Below, piece after piece: positions 20,014 to 29,729 of a DNA stretch of 44,935 nt (positions are counted from its first letter, which is position 1; each line of letters begins with the position of its first letter). Source of the stretch: a virus; the UHGV virus genome UHGV-0175244. One strand, given 5' to 3'. The notes under the pieces were generated by a model, which searched no databases, was not told the DNA's origin, and worked only from the letters and a program-made list of their open reading frames with translations. The position numbers and the translations under genes were made by a program.

Positions 20014-21196
20014 CGGAGGGTTTCGTGGTCATGTTCATCGGTGTGAGATAGACATCACCACCGGGACGCGGATTCATATCTTCCAGGTCGCGGCAGTCAT
20101 TGGGAGAGTAAATTCCCCAGTTGATCCCGGTGGCGTAGGCTTCAAAACGGGACTTCATATCCCCGCGCAGTAACGCCCCGGCGTTAAATTTGGCGTAATA
20201 AACGCCCTGCTTACTTTTTCGTACCAGTCCGGTGTTGATCCGCTGTTCGATGCGGGTCAGATACGGCACCAGTGAATAGTTGATAAATCCCAGCCCCAGC
20301 TCTTCGATATTGTTGAAGGTGGCGCGATCGGTGTTCTGCACCATGTGCAACGGCACCCGGAACAGACGACAGATTTCTTCAAGCTGAAACTTGCGGGTTT
20401 CCAGGAACTGGCTGTCCTCGGCGTTCAGCGCCATCGACTTCCAGTCCAGCCCCATCTCAAGGATCATTGGGCGGTGAGCATTGCCAAGCCCGGTGTGACG
20501 CTCCTCAAAATCTTTCTTCAGGCGCTCGTAAGCCTGATCTGACAGCGTCTGCTCTGTACGCAACACACCCGACGTCACCGCGCCATTGCTGAACAGTCTG
20601 GCCCCGTGCTCTTCGGTCGCTGCCGCCAGCGATATTGCCTCGCGGGCATAGGCGATGGGATTCAGCCCCACCAGTCCGTCCAGCGTCAGCGTGCGCACAT
20701 GCCAGATATCCTCCTGGCTCAGTACATCCGTGGAGCCATCCGGGAATGTGACCTGATAGACCGGCTCCCAGCTACTGTTAAGCTTCGGTACCACACAGCC
20801 GGGATCGACGGGCAGCAGTTCAGCCACTTCGCCAAATGTTTTCACTTTGTAGGCGTAAAAGTTTCCCCGCAGGCACAGACAGGTGACCACCAGCTCCCAG
20901 AACTCCTGCGGCGTCATATAGCCATTGGGATGCGTGGAGATCAGCTTATGCAGACGTTCGCCAGTGGCTCTCTGCTTCAGGCTGCCGTTCAGGTGATACA
21001 GGTTGCAGGGCAACATCCCGACCGACTCCGCCAGCACCCTGACGCAGGAAAAAACCGCCGTCAGTCGCATGGCCCTCTGGCTGCTGATCTGCTTTCCGGT
21101 ATAGGTGTCGTATGACAGCCCGATAGCATCCACCAGCTCTGCTGGCGTGGTCACCGGTGCGTCACTTTTTCGTTGAAATAATCCCGAAAAGAACAC
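19955..21196 (-). CDS. portal protein, HK97 family
   Basis: 413 aa; position between terminase and protease. Confidence 0.9.
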   Translation of the reverse strand: MFFSGLFQRKSDAPVTTPAELVDAIGLSYDTYTGKQISSQRAMRLTAVFSCVRVLAESVGMLPCNLYHLNGSLKQRATGERLHKLISTHPNGYMTPQEFWELVVTCLCLRGNFYAYKVKTFGEVAELLPVDPGCVVPKLNSSWEPVYQVTFPDGSTDVLSQEDIWHVRTLTLDGLVGLNPIAYAREAISLAAATEEHGARLFSNGAVTSGVLRTEQTLSDQAYERLKKDFEERHTGLGNAHRPMILEMGLDWKSMALNAEDSQFLETRKFQLEEICRLFRVPLHMVQNTDRATFNNIEELGLGFINYSLVPYLTRIEQRINTGLVRKSKQGVYYAKFNAGALLRGDMKSRFEAYATGINWGIYSPNDCRDLEDMNPRPGGDVYLTPMNMTTKPSDGSKAGKQKDNANADETTS

Positions 21197-21378
21197 TATT
21201 TACCTCCACCAACAGACATCTGTGTACGGTCGAGATATCGCGCTACCAGCCACGACCAGAACAGGCACAACGCCCCGGCAACAACAAACCCCGCCGGGGG
21301 ATAAATCAGCCAGGCGCCATACGCCAGCAAAAGCGCCCCCAGCACGCCCACCAGAGGCGCGAGAATCAGCATGATCAT
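21196..21378 (-). CDS. small membrane protein
   Basis: 60 aa, two hydrophobic segments; between terL and portal. Confidence 0.35.
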   Translation of the reverse strand: MIMLILAPLVGVLGALLLAYGAWLIYPPAGFVVAGALCLFWSWLVARYLDRTQMSVGGGK

Positions 21379-21389
21379 AATTACCTCAG

Positions 21390-23123
21390 TTAAAGCGAGC
21401 GGATCCCGTAGGACTCAATGTGGTCGGACAGCGTGTCTTCTTTCTCATACAGCATGGCTCTGCCAACCGCCATAATCAGCGCAACTGCACCATCGATTTT
21501 GTTTTCCGCCTGCTCTTTGACGGGCTTCACCACATCATCGTTACCCGGAATGGTTTTGCCGACCACGTTACCGATACACCAGGTCATGATGGGATTGCCA
21601 TCATGATGAAAGCGCCCCGATTCAATTGCCGCTTCCAGCTCTTTCATCGGGTCGGACATGTTGGTGTAGTTCTGAATGATGGTGATGGGATTCAGGTCTT
21701 CATCAGCAAGGTCATGTGACAGCCCGGTCGCCCCGAAGGGGTCGATGGGTGACTCGCTGACCGGGCTGATTTTGTTCGCCGCTTTGGCCTCTTCGAGGAT
21801 GTAGCGATAATCCACCTCCGCACCATCGGTAACGGTCAGGACGCCCATTTCCACCCATTTCTGAAAGCGTTCGGCTGTCCGGCGATCTTCATTTTTCTCG
21901 ACGCTGTACACCGTGTCATACGGTACCCAGAAACGCGGGGCCACACTATAGTAATGCGTTTTACCGTCAATCTCGCGGGTATAAAGTCGCGCCATGCTGT
22001 TCATATCCAGCTTACGCGCCAGGTCAAAGGCCAGAATGCACGGCTGCCCCTCGAACTGCTCAAGGGTCAGTGATTTATCCTCGCAGCTCTGCCAGCTCAC
22101 CAGGTTGAAATACGCCGAACGCGCCGACACCCAGATATTGAGGTGTTTTGTTTTAAAGACGTTTGCCAGACGGGCGTTATTTTTCGCACGCTGCTGCTGA
22201 CTTAACAAAAATTCGCGATAAACCGACACGCCAATATTCGGGTTAGCTTTTTCCAGCACCTGCGGGTCGGTCCAGTCATCGCCTTCGTCAACGGTATAGA
22301 TGATCCCGAACAGTTCATCGTTGGGTACCGACCCGTTGAGCATCTCGATAACTTCCCGTCGCTTGTCGTAGCACGGCCCCTCAATGTTGTACCCGGCAGT
22401 AGTAATGGCCCACATCAGTGGCTGACGTCTCGCCCCCATCCCGGTAAGCATCGTGGTGTAAAGCGCATCGGTGGCGTGCTCGTGATATTCATCCACCACC
22501 GCACAGTGGGGTGATGAACCATCACCGGGGTTACCGATCAGCGGTTCAAACCGCGCGCCATCCTCCGGACGATTCATGTTTGAGGCGTTAACCTCAATCC
22601 CGAACGCTTCCGTCAGCATGGGTGTGCGTTTACACATCAGTCGCGCCGGGCGAAAGACTTCCCACGCCTGTTTCTCTGTCGTGGCACCGGAATACACTTC
22701 CGCGCCAAACTCGTTATCACAGGCAAAACAATACAGGGCAACACCGGCAGAGATTGCCGATTTGCCGTTCTTACGGGGGATTTCGGTATACACCTCACGG
22801 AAGCGGCGCAGCCGGGAGCCTTTATTGACCCAGCCAAACGCGCAGCAGATCACAAAGAGCTGCCACGGCTCCAGCGTGATGGGCATCCGTTTAAATGCCC
22901 ACTCACCCTTGGTGTGCGGCAACAGCTGAATAAATTTCGCGGCTCGTTCAGCCAGGTCCTTGTCGAAGCGGTAACGAAACGACTTACTTTTTTCCTCCAT
23001 CAGGTCATCAAGATGGCGCTGGCAGGCCTGAATCACAAACTGGCAGGCCACAATCTTTCCGCGCACGACATCCCGGGCATACTGATTGGCAGCATTTACG
23101 TTGGGGTAAGATTTCCGGCTCAT
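21390..23123 (-). CDS. terminase large subunit
   Basis: 577 aa; ATPase and nuclease domain character; follows terS. Confidence 0.95.
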   Translation of the reverse strand: MSRKSYPNVNAANQYARDVVRGKIVACQFVIQACQRHLDDLMEEKSKSFRYRFDKDLAERAAKFIQLLPHTKGEWAFKRMPITLEPWQLFVICCAFGWVNKGSRLRRFREVYTEIPRKNGKSAISAGVALYCFACDNEFGAEVYSGATTEKQAWEVFRPARLMCKRTPMLTEAFGIEVNASNMNRPEDGARFEPLIGNPGDGSSPHCAVVDEYHEHATDALYTTMLTGMGARRQPLMWAITTAGYNIEGPCYDKRREVIEMLNGSVPNDELFGIIYTVDEGDDWTDPQVLEKANPNIGVSVYREFLLSQQQRAKNNARLANVFKTKHLNIWVSARSAYFNLVSWQSCEDKSLTLEQFEGQPCILAFDLARKLDMNSMARLYTREIDGKTHYYSVAPRFWVPYDTVYSVEKNEDRRTAERFQKWVEMGVLTVTDGAEVDYRYILEEAKAANKISPVSESPIDPFGATGLSHDLADEDLNPITIIQNYTNMSDPMKELEAAIESGRFHHDGNPIMTWCIGNVVGKTIPGNDDVVKPVKEQAENKIDGAVALIMAVGRAMLYEKEDTLSDHIESYGIRSL

Positions 23124-23623
23124 GATTCGATGATTTTCAGAAACGGGTTAGTGGCTTTCTTCTGCCCCGCCAGGCCAATCAGACGCTGGCGGCTGCTGGG
23201 GTCGAGTCCGAGCATTGCCCCCGTACTGCTCATCTCGGACTCCTGTTCTTTTTTGGCGGTCAGCTCCGGATTTTTGACCATACCGCCCATTGCACCGGTG
23301 ATGGTGTTGCCCTGTCTGGCAATATTTTTCACGGCACGTCGCCAGAACTCATAGGCCACGCACCACCGCTCAAGTACCGCCAGGTCAGTCACGCACAGCA
23401 GGCCCTGACCGCAGAGTTCTTTGGTTGTCAGTTGCCACATGATCGTGGCGAGAGGGAGATCTTCTTCAGCGAACCACTCCGGTGGGTCAGCACCTTTGAT
23501 GGGCGTAAAAACAGGTTCATCTTTATTCAGGGCTCGCTTGCCGGGGTTTCCGGCCAGCACCTTGCGCGCCGTTGGCTTGGGGCGACGCCCGGAACGCCCC
23601 GCCGTTCCAGCCATATGCGGCAC
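23120..23623 (-). CDS. terminase small subunit (P27 family)
   Basis: 167 aa; basic N-terminus [18 protein letters not shown]... Confidence 0.85.
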   Translation of the reverse strand: MPHMAGTAGRSGRRPKPTARKVLAGNPGKRALNKDEPVFTPIKGADPPEWFAEEDLPLATIMWQLTTKELCGQGLLCVTDLAVLERWCVAYEFWRRAVKNIARQGNTITGAMGGMVKNPELTAKKEQESEMSSTGAMLGLDPSSRQRLIGLAGQKKATNPFLKIIES

Positions 23624-23721
23624 TCCTGGTTAAATTTCATTTTTCGCGGGTATAAAAAAACGATGGGGCGGGCAGTCCGGAAGACGTCAGGCTGCAGGGA
23701 TTTGACCCGCCCTCCCCTCAT

Positions 23722-23767
23722 GCAGTTGAGAATTATTATCACTAGGCAGTTGAGAATTATTATCACT
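23722..23767. repeat. tandem 22-bp direct repeat (x2) in candidate cos/terminase-binding region
   Basis: gcagttgagaattattatcact twice, 2-bp spacer; lies between HNH and terS, overlapping HNH stop. Confidence 0.45.
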
Positions 23768-24113
23768 TTAGCCGTTCACGGGCCGTCTTCGCCTTATGGC
23801 ACGGCCAGCACAGGCTCTGCAGATTACTGTCTGCATCGGTGCCGCCATGCGCTTTAGGGATGATGTGGTCAACGGTTTTAGCTTCACGCACCACACCGGC
23901 ACGCAGACATAACTGACACAGGCCTTTGTCACGTTTCAGCACACGCGCACGGATAACGTCCCACTTCGAACCATAACCGCGCTGGTGACGGGATTGTCCT
24001 GGCTTATATTGCGTCCAGCCTTCGCTTTTGTGGCTTTCACAATAGCCTGACGGATCTGTGGTGGTATGGCGGCAACCGCGAACACGGCAGGCTTTTGGGA
24101 TTCGTGGCGGCAT
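23763..24113 (-). CDS. HNH endonuclease (terminase-associated)
   Basis: 116 aa; Cys-rich N-terminus, DHIIP...H...N...C...H HNH motif. Confidence 0.85.
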   Translation of the reverse strand: MPPRIPKACRVRGCRHTTTDPSGYCESHKSEGWTQYKPGQSRHQRGYGSKWDVIRARVLKRDKGLCQLCLRAGVVREAKTVDHIIPKAHGGTDADSNLQSLCWPCHKAKTARERLK

Positions 24114-24524
24114 ATGTACTAATCTCCGATTTATCCAAATTTCACTGCCATAATGCCGACATTCTCTGCCATTATTGACTCCGTTTATCCGTTAAAAGGG
24201 ATATCAGTTAAGTTATCCCGTGCAGGGTATAAGCCATTGTCGAGACCATTCATTGAATGGCCTCTGCAATAACCGATGTCTTTCCATCAGTCCGCCACCA
24301 CAAAGAATCTTTTTTGCCATAAGGCAGGAGGTTCATCTTTCAGTGGCTGCCAGTGTTATTTCCCCACTTACTGGCTTGGGTTGTTTCGCTGTATTGCCGC
24401 AACTGGTGGTGCACAGATTTAGTTAAATCTGTTCTCGCCTGAACTATCTTTTACATACCCGGATTGTGGGGATGTAAATCACGGTTTCATTATCAAGCCC
24501 ACCCGTAGATGGGCTTTGGAATGG

Positions 24525-25043
24525 TCACTTTGGCAGTCCGGGGATCGATATTTGCGCCTGCTGCTCAAGCCTTTCGATTCTTGCTATGAGTTGCGGTTTT
24601 TTGATCCTGCCCCAGCGGTTCAGCAAGCGTCCTGACATACTGGCAACATCCTTTTCCTTCATGAACTCCAGCATTAACTCGTTGTGCTCTCTTTGGTATG
24701 AGTGAGCCATCTCCATCAGCCTGTCACGCATCCAATTAAATGCTTTGATAAACGCCTCTTTGATGGCGGCAGCTTTTTTGCCGGTAAACGACATGATGAT
24801 GTACATCGCGCCGTCTTTGGAAATTTCATATTCAACATACTGATTACCCTTGTGTTCATAGGTAACCCGCGAAAAGTTGCTGGTTAGAAATTCATCCGAA
24901 CAGTCTAGCTTTTCGATTTTCTGAATGATGTGGTGATGCTGCTTGTCGAAGTAAGCTGCTACCTTGCGGGAGGTTGTGATCACGCGATCACCAGAAACAA
25001 CCACCATGTCCCGGAAATCGAGATTAGCCAATTGATGATTCAT
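24525..25043 (-). CDS. Rha-family phage regulatory protein
   Basis: about 172 aa from internal ATG (M13 of listed ORF); Rha-like N-terminal domain. Confidence 0.7.
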   Translation of the reverse strand: MNHQLANLDFRDMVVVSGDRVITTSRKVAAYFDKQHHHIIQKIEKLDCSDEFLTSNFSRVTYEHKGNQYVEYEISKDGAMYIIMSFTGKKAAAIKEAFIKAFNWMRDRLMEMAHSYQREHNELMLEFMKEKDVASMSGRLLNRWGRIKKPQLIARIERLEQQAQISIPGLPK

Positions 25044-25192
25044 AGCGTCTTTACCTTTTAGAAAGTGAGCCTGTCTCACAGAAAAGCCGTCCCGAGATGG
25101 TCGCCACCATATACGGCAGTTCTCAGGCTCAACTTTCTGAAAGGCTCGGGTGATGTAATATGCGCGTGAGATGCGCTGTGAAATTCAGATGT

Positions 25193-25217
25193 AAAAAAAG
25201 CCCCGCATCGCGAGGCT
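25193..25217 (-). terminator. rho-independent terminator after lysis cassette
   Basis: minus-strand RNA hairpin agcctcgc-gat-gcggggct followed by U7. Confidence 0.5.
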
Positions 25218-25248
25218 CATTAAATGGACTTTGTGATTTGCAAAAAAA

Positions 25249-25707
25249 TTATTTCAGGCATTGCGTCCTGATGTACTCCTGCAGGTAGTTAACCTGCGCG
25301 GTTATCCTGTCGATTCCACTTCTGAGACGGTAATAATTGAGTTCAGCATCTGCTGTAAGTCTTGGGCTTTCTCCATCGCCCATGCCGCTGGCTCTGGTCG
25401 TTGACTTTGCACAGGTGGCGGCGACTTGCAGGCGCTTACGACCAGCAGAAACATCAGCACGGAGACTTTCGATAGTCGCGTTAGCATCAGCAAGCTCCTT
25501 TGTGTATCTGGCGTCGAGTTCTGCTACATCACGTTGACGCTTCTGCATGTCAGCGATAGTGTCATTTGCCAGGCTGAGTTGCTCAGTCACTTTGTCCCGC
25601 TGCCTTTTGAACTCGGTGGCGTTGTCGTGGTAGTGGCTGGCCAGCCAGCCGAGGCTGACTATCAGGCAGATCACAACAGCGCTGATAATGGCTGCTAATC
25701 GGCTCAT
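25249..25707 (-). CDS. Rz-like i-spanin
   Basis: N-terminal TM segment then coiled-coil; start overlaps endolysin stop; contains embedded Rz1 frame. Confidence 0.75.
   Translation of the reverse strand: MSRLAAIISAVVICLIVSLGWLASHYHDNATEFKRQRDKVTEQLSLANDTIADMQKRQRDVAELDARYTKELADANATIESLRADVSAGRKRLQVAATCAKSTTRASGMGDGESPRLTADAELNYYRLRSGIDRITAQVNYLQEYIRTQCLK
25302..25493 (-). CDS. Rz1-like o-spanin (lipoprotein) embedded in Rz
   Basis: +1 frame inside Rz; lipobox ...LLVVSAC followed by Pro-rich segment. Confidence 0.7.
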   Translation of the reverse strand: MLMLTRLSKVSVLMFLLVVSACKSPPPVQSQRPEPAAWAMEKAQDLQQMLNSIITVSEVESTG

Positions 25708-26213
25708 TTCTGCCCCCACAAACAAACTTCGCGCTCAATCTCGCGGCGAGTCACCAGGCCTTTCCACTGCTTGCCCTTGGCATAGGTCCAGCGGCGCAAC
25801 TGGTCACACGCCCACTTCTGGTCGCCCTGGTTGATTTTGCGCAGTAGCGTTGAAGTCTGGAAATTGCCAGCGCCGACGTTATACGCGAATGAGTAAAGCG
25901 CCCCACGCATTGTTTCGGGGATCGGCTTCTGGATGTATGGGTTAATCTGGCGGGCGACGGCGTTCAGGTCTTTACTGAGAAGCGCACGGCATTCAGCCTC
26001 GGTGTACTTCTTGCCAAGAATGATATCTTTGCCAGTATGGCCATAGCAGACAGTCCAGACGCCTACCACATCCTGATAAGGGTTGTATCGCACACCTTCA
26101 AGACCATCGTTACCGGTTGGGCCAGTGATGAGCGCAGAGGCAATGGCTATGGCGCCACCGCCGCCGGCGATCACGCCAATCAGTTTATTCCTCATTGATG
26201 GCGTCATGCTCAC
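25704..26213 (-). CDS. SAR endolysin (T4-lysozyme-like, GH24)
   Basis: 169 aa; Gly/Ala-rich N-terminal SAR segment; E...D...T catalytic spacing ([17 protein letters not shown]). Confidence 0.85.
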   Translation of the reverse strand: MSMTPSMRNKLIGVIAGGGGAIAIASALITGPTGNDGLEGVRYNPYQDVVGVWTVCYGHTGKDIILGKKYTEAECRALLSKDLNAVARQINPYIQKPIPETMRGALYSFAYNVGAGNFQTSTLLRKINQGDQKWACDQLRRWTYAKGKQWKGLVTRREIEREVCLWGQK

Positions 26214-26524
26214 CCCTGTGTATCACTTGCGATCCGCTTCAAGGCCTCGGTTACCACTTCGGCTGAAGCCGGGCGGTTACTTCCTGGCTTAGCGGAGACA
26301 TCAGCCAGATAACTGGCCAACAGTTGCGTGCGCTTTTTCTCTTCATCCAGTCGCTCTCGCTCTTCCTTGCGCTTTGCGTAATACGTCTTGATTGTGAAGA
26401 AGGCAGAGATCAGGGCGCCAATGATGAAGACATAATCCTGCAGACTCAGGACGGAAAAGATACCAAGCAAGGCTGACCACCAGTAAGGCAGATTGTGACC
26501 ATCGGTTGGGTTCATACGTTGCAT
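26210..26524 (-). CDS. holin (two TM segments)
   Basis: 104 aa; two hydrophobic helices then highly charged C-terminus; overlaps endolysin start. Confidence 0.65.
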   Translation of the reverse strand: MQRMNPTDGHNLPYWWSALLGIFSVLSLQDYVFIIGALISAFFTIKTYYAKRKEERERLDEEKKRTQLLASYLADVSAKPGSNRPASAEVVTEALKRIASDTQG

Positions 26525-26719
26525 CTCTCACCTCCGATAATGTTCGGGGTGCTATCTGTAGTCAGTAAAAGGTTCAGGGCCGTCGGGCTGATTTACCAAC
26601 AAAGCGTCGAGGGTGATTCCCGCGACCCTGAAAATAAAAAAAACCGCTCAAGGCGGGAAGAAATACCAAGGGTAAAAAGTGACGGCGCGGTAGCCGTAAT
26701 GGTCCCAAGGTAGAGGGAT

Positions 26720-26794
26720 TGGAGCATCTGGCGGGGATCGAACCCGCATATTCTGGTTGGAAGCCAGACGTAATTACCAAACTACGACAGATGC
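26720..26794 (-). tRNA. phage-encoded tRNA-Gly (anticodon UCC)
   Basis: 75-nt cloverleaf folded by hand: perfect 7-bp acceptor and 5-bp T stems, T-loop TTCGATC, anticodon loop CUUCCAA, discriminator U, CCA encoded. Confidence 0.8.
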
Positions 26795-26802
26795 AATCTG
26801 GT

Positions 26803-26865
26803 TCAGGGCTCTTGCGCGGCGGGTGTCGACGTGTCGTGCAGCACGTCTCTACCCAAGAGCCCTGA
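26803..26865 (-). other. 12-bp perfect hairpin with 39-nt structured loop, followed by ACCA; immediately 5' of tRNA-Gly
   Basis: tcagggctcttg / caagagccctga arms; inner 6-bp stem gacgtg/cacgtc; not a canonical tRNA. Confidence 0.5.
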
Positions 26866-26880
26866 CCGGATCGCAGGCAT

Positions 26881-26909
26881 AAAAAAGCCCAAGGCGTTAA
26901 CCTCGGGCT
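26881..26909 (-). terminator. rho-independent terminator (tR'-like) downstream of candidate late promoter
   Basis: 9-bp stem with one mismatch, followed on minus strand by U6. Confidence 0.55.
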
Positions 26910-26958
26910 TGAATTTTTTGCTTCGGAACGACTGAACGGATTCCCAGCGTTAGGGATG

Positions 26959-26987
26959 AATCTAACCAGTTTTTCCGGAGATTGCAA
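26959..26987 (-). promoter_or_regulatory. candidate late promoter PR' (with presumed qut region)
   Basis: minus strand TTGCAA, 17-nt spacer, TAGATT; located just downstream of Q. Confidence 0.4.
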
Positions 26988-27029
26988 TAGCTATTTTCCA
27001 CAAAATTTTATTTTTATAGAAAATACTCA

Positions 27030-27839
27030 TTATTTCGTCACCCGGGAGAGAATGACATCAGCGTAGGATTCCTGTTTGTGACATTCGGATACCAGCTCCT
27101 CGAAGAAAGGTTTCAGTTGCTCATAAGCTGCCGTTTTCTTAATGTCAGCCACGGCCCTTACCCCTTCCATCACCGTCGAAAACTTCATGCGCGCATAACC
27201 TCTTCCGCTGCAGCGATCGCATACCTTCATTACCGGTAGCCCAAGGCGCTCGCTGGTCTCTTTATCCAGTACCTTTCCTTTTCCATTGCAGCGACACGAA
27301 TTGCTGATAACACCCTTTCCGTTACAGGCTGAGCATTTAACTTTGACCACTTCGCGCACTTCGCTCCAGCTCTCCCAGTGGCTTGGGCGAACTGCTCGGG
27401 ACATCTTTGCCCAAAAAGGTGGCTTGCCCCACGGATATGAGCATTTATTGGTGAATACCTGGGCCTCTGTGAAGCCAGTCCCATCGCAGCAAGTGCATTT
27501 TCTAACGCTGGCAGCACTTCGCGTGTAATCCTGGTATGCAAAAGCACACAGAACTTCGAGAACTCTTTTGCGAACGTCCTGGCTGAGTTCTGAAACGATA
27601 TTAAAGCGGATTGATAATCGCTCTGCTGATTCATAAAGTAGCTCCATTGCTCGGTCAGGTGCGCTCACCCCAATCTTTGCAAGATAGAGGTCGAAGCCGA
27701 ATCCGCACTTGGCATTTACCAGACCAAGAGCGGCCATGATGTCAGTGCCGGTTAGACCATCAGATGCAGTAGCCCGTGGCGAGTCGCTCAGCATTGGTGA
27801 TTTAGGCGCGAAATATTTGGCGATAGATTCGAGGTTCAT
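27030..27839 (-). CDS. Q: late-gene antiterminator Q (lambda Q family)
   Basis: N-terminus [39 protein letters not shown] closely recalls lambda Q; C-terminal CxxC zinc-finger region. Confidence 0.85.
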   Translation of the reverse strand: MNLESIAKYFAPKSPMLSDSPRATASDGLTGTDIMAALGLVNAKCGFGFDLYLAKIGVSAPDRAMELLYESAERLSIRFNIVSELSQDVRKRVLEVLCAFAYQDYTRSAASVRKCTCCDGTGFTEAQVFTNKCSYPWGKPPFWAKMSRAVRPSHWESWSEVREVVKVKCSACNGKGVISNSCRCNGKGKVLDKETSERLGLPVMKVCDRCSGRGYARMKFSTVMEGVRAVADIKKTAAYEQLKPFFEELVSECHKQESYADVILSRVTK

Positions 27840-27976
27840 GCTGTCTCTCCCAGGGTCTGATAGATACGGACGAAATTGCGTAATATTTTGTAGTCAACCA
27901 GCACGGTGCCGCGGCTACGCAGGAGGCGGAGCTTTTGCCAGCGGTCGCGGATGCGTTCGATAACGTCACGGCTCAT
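27836..27976 (-). CDS. small protein (YlcG-position, between rusA and Q)
   Basis: 46-aa ORF not in ORF track; ATG overlaps rusA stop (ATGA), stop overlaps Q start. Confidence 0.4.
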   Translation of the reverse strand: MSRDVIERIRDRWQKLRLLRSRGTVLVDYKILRNFVRIYQTLGETA

Positions 27977-28335
27977 GCGGACTCCATTTCGGTAATGGTT
28001 AGCTCAAGCCGCCCACCTTTGACTACAGGCATTCTCTTCACGCTGTAATAATCAACCTGCTGGTCATCGAGCCAGAAACCTGATTTCGTCAGAGCATCGA
28101 ATGCAGCCTTTTGCAGGTTGTCCAGGTCACGGCGCCGGCGATCCGGCATGTGGCACTCAATACGGATTTTCAGTGGTGTGGCCAGGCCGATATCAAGCAT
28201 CGAGTCTTTGATGATTCTGGCGACGCTGTCGCGGTATGCCTGCCCTTCCGCGCTGATGTGTGTGCGCCCCCGGTTGTGCCGGTAGTAACGGTTGTTGCTT
28301 GGTGGCCAGGGTAAAGAAATGCGATATTGGTTCAT
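27973..28335 (-). CDS. rusA: RusA-family Holliday junction resolvase
   Basis: about 120 aa from internal ATG (M22) overlapping upstream stop. Confidence 0.8.
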   Translation of the reverse strand: MNQYRISLPWPPSNNRYYRHNRGRTHISAEGQAYRDSVARIIKDSMLDIGLATPLKIRIECHMPDRRRRDLDNLQKAAFDALTKSGFWLDDQQVDYYSVKRMPVVKGGRLELTITEMESA

Positions 28336-28622
28336 GCTTTTATCAACCCCTCTTTCATCCAGATAACCTGCGTGCGTGCCATGCCTTCCAGCGCGCACTC
28401 CTTTGCATATTCCGCATCGACCAGACGGGTGCGGCGATCAATCTCGTCGTGGCAACTGCTGCATGCGATGGTGGCGATCAGGTCAGGCGGCTTGATTCCG
28501 GTCCCGCAGAGGCCAGCAATACGGATGTGGGCCAGTACCGAGGTTTCAGAGTTGCCGTTGCATATGCCGGGGATCCGAACCTGACATTCGCGGCCGCGTG
28601 CCGCTTTGCATAAATTAGCCAT
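28332..28622 (-). CDS. YbcO/DUF1364-like nin-region protein
   Basis: 96 aa, Cys-rich (CQVRIPGIC...CSSCH); synteny with DLP12 nin region. Confidence 0.6.
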   Translation of the reverse strand: MANLCKAARGRECQVRIPGICNGNSETSVLAHIRIAGLCGTGIKPPDLIATIACSSCHDEIDRRTRLVDAEYAKECALEGMARTQVIWMKEGLIKA

Positions 28623-28785
28623 GCGCCTTCCTCGCCGCGAGACGCAGCCATTTCTGATCCACCAGGCGGGCGGTGTAGCCTTTCAGGGTCGGTATGTCGG
28701 ACGGCTTAACCGCTGGCTTGCGCTGGCGGCGCGCCGGAACGCGGAAGATTTCGTTTGAGATAACGCGGGAAAGTGGAGTTGACAT
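28615..28785 (-). CDS. ninE: NinE-like protein
   Basis: 56-aa ORF not in ORF track; C-terminal YTARLVDQKWLRLAARK recalls lambda NinE; overlaps flanking genes. Confidence 0.5.
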   Translation of the reverse strand: MSTPLSRVISNEIFRVPARRQRKPAVKPSDIPTLKGYTARLVDQKWLRLAARKAHG

Positions 28786-29240
28786 CAGGCCTCCTGCTTA
28801 TCGCGCAGCACCTGAAATTCGCTGCTTTGAGGTATGGTTAGCACCAGGCCAAACTGAGCGCACCAACCTTCCACCTGGCACATGAAATGATGCATGTCGC
28901 CAGTGTCCAGATCGGACGTGTGGCGCAGTTCTAATTCAATCGTCTTAATTCCGGTCACGAAGTCGGTGTATTCAACCTCTTCATAACCGAGATGGGTCTT
29001 TTTGAGGTTGCGCTTTACCCATGCAGGCGTGGCGTCAGTGCGCCCAGACTTGATCAGGTAATCGCTGATTTCCTCGTACCAGACATGGCTCAGACTATTT
29101 TGAGAAAGGCTTCTCTTCTCGCGCCAGTCTTTGAGTTGCAGCCGGAAGCACTCACCGTTTTCGAGAAGTGGCTTCAGATGCTGAGTGATAGCACCAAGAT
29201 TTCCACGGTGTAGCTTGATGCCGTCTTTGGGGAGAATCAT
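28785..29240 (-). CDS. ninB: NinB recombination protein
   Basis: 151 aa; strong AGGAGG RBS; NinB/YbcN family character. Confidence 0.8.
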   Translation of the reverse strand: MILPKDGIKLHRGNLGAITQHLKPLLENGECFRLQLKDWREKRSLSQNSLSHVWYEEISDYLIKSGRTDATPAWVKRNLKKTHLGYEEVEYTDFVTGIKTIELELRHTSDLDTGDMHHFMCQVEGWCAQFGLVLTIPQSSEFQVLRDKQEA

Positions 29241-29423
29241 ACGGCCTCCTTAACGGAAACCGCAGAATGCAGAAAATCGCAGGTGCATTTCTGCATCTGT
29301 GACAAGGTGAGGAGTTCAGATTGTGTTCGCATTTAAGTCCCCTTAAATGCGCAGAAGTCACCGGAGTTGTTCAGGCTCCGATGACATGATTATGGACGGT
29401 TGATTCAACAAAATCAACGCGAG

Positions 29424-29444
29424 AAAAAGGCCTCCGGAGAGGCC
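29424..29444 (-). terminator. rho-independent terminator (tR2-like) upstream of nin genes
   Basis: ggcctc-cgga-gaggcc hairpin followed on minus strand by U5. Confidence 0.5.
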
Positions 29445-29486
29445 CTGGCTGTCGATATGGGGATTCCCATATCGCTTGTATGGCAG

Positions 29487-29729
29487 TTACACCAAATCGG
29501 GCAATTTGAAGCCTGCCATGTCTTCCGCCCGGATTGGAGGCGATAGGCAGTCAGCAAACACCAGGGTGCCATCGAGCCAAATCACGAAACCCCACCCCAT
29601 AAACAGGTTGGCACTACACCAGTCAGCCTTTAGGGGCACATCTGGCATCTTGTCTGGAAAGACTGGGTAATGCTCAGCCAGCCACTCCATTGCGTCGCAG
29701 CGATTGAGAGTATATTTGTCGTACATCAT
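29487..29729 (-). CDS. hypothetical phage protein
   Basis: about 80 aa from internal ATG with AGGAGG RBS; overlaps DUF551 gene stop. Confidence 0.45.
   Translation of the reverse strand: MMYDKYTLNRCDAMEWLAEHYPVFPDKMPDVPLKADWCSANLFMGWGFVIWLDGTLVFADCLSPPIRAEDMAGFKLPDLV

Noticed and set aside
23722-23767. Possible CRISPR array
   Set aside because: Only two copies of a 22-bp AT-rich repeat with a 2-bp spacer and no cas genes; better explained as a terminase or cos-associated repeat.
26803-26865. Second tRNA gene next to tRNA-Gly
   Set aside because: Has a 12-bp stem and ACCA tail but no D arm, anticodon arm or T-loop consensus; kept only as a tRNA-like hairpin.
26574-26987. 137-aa ORF on the minus strand between Q and holin
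   Set aside because: Spans the tRNA-Gly, the hairpin and the terminator; low-complexity translation with no RBS; the region is better explained as RNA and regulatory DNA.
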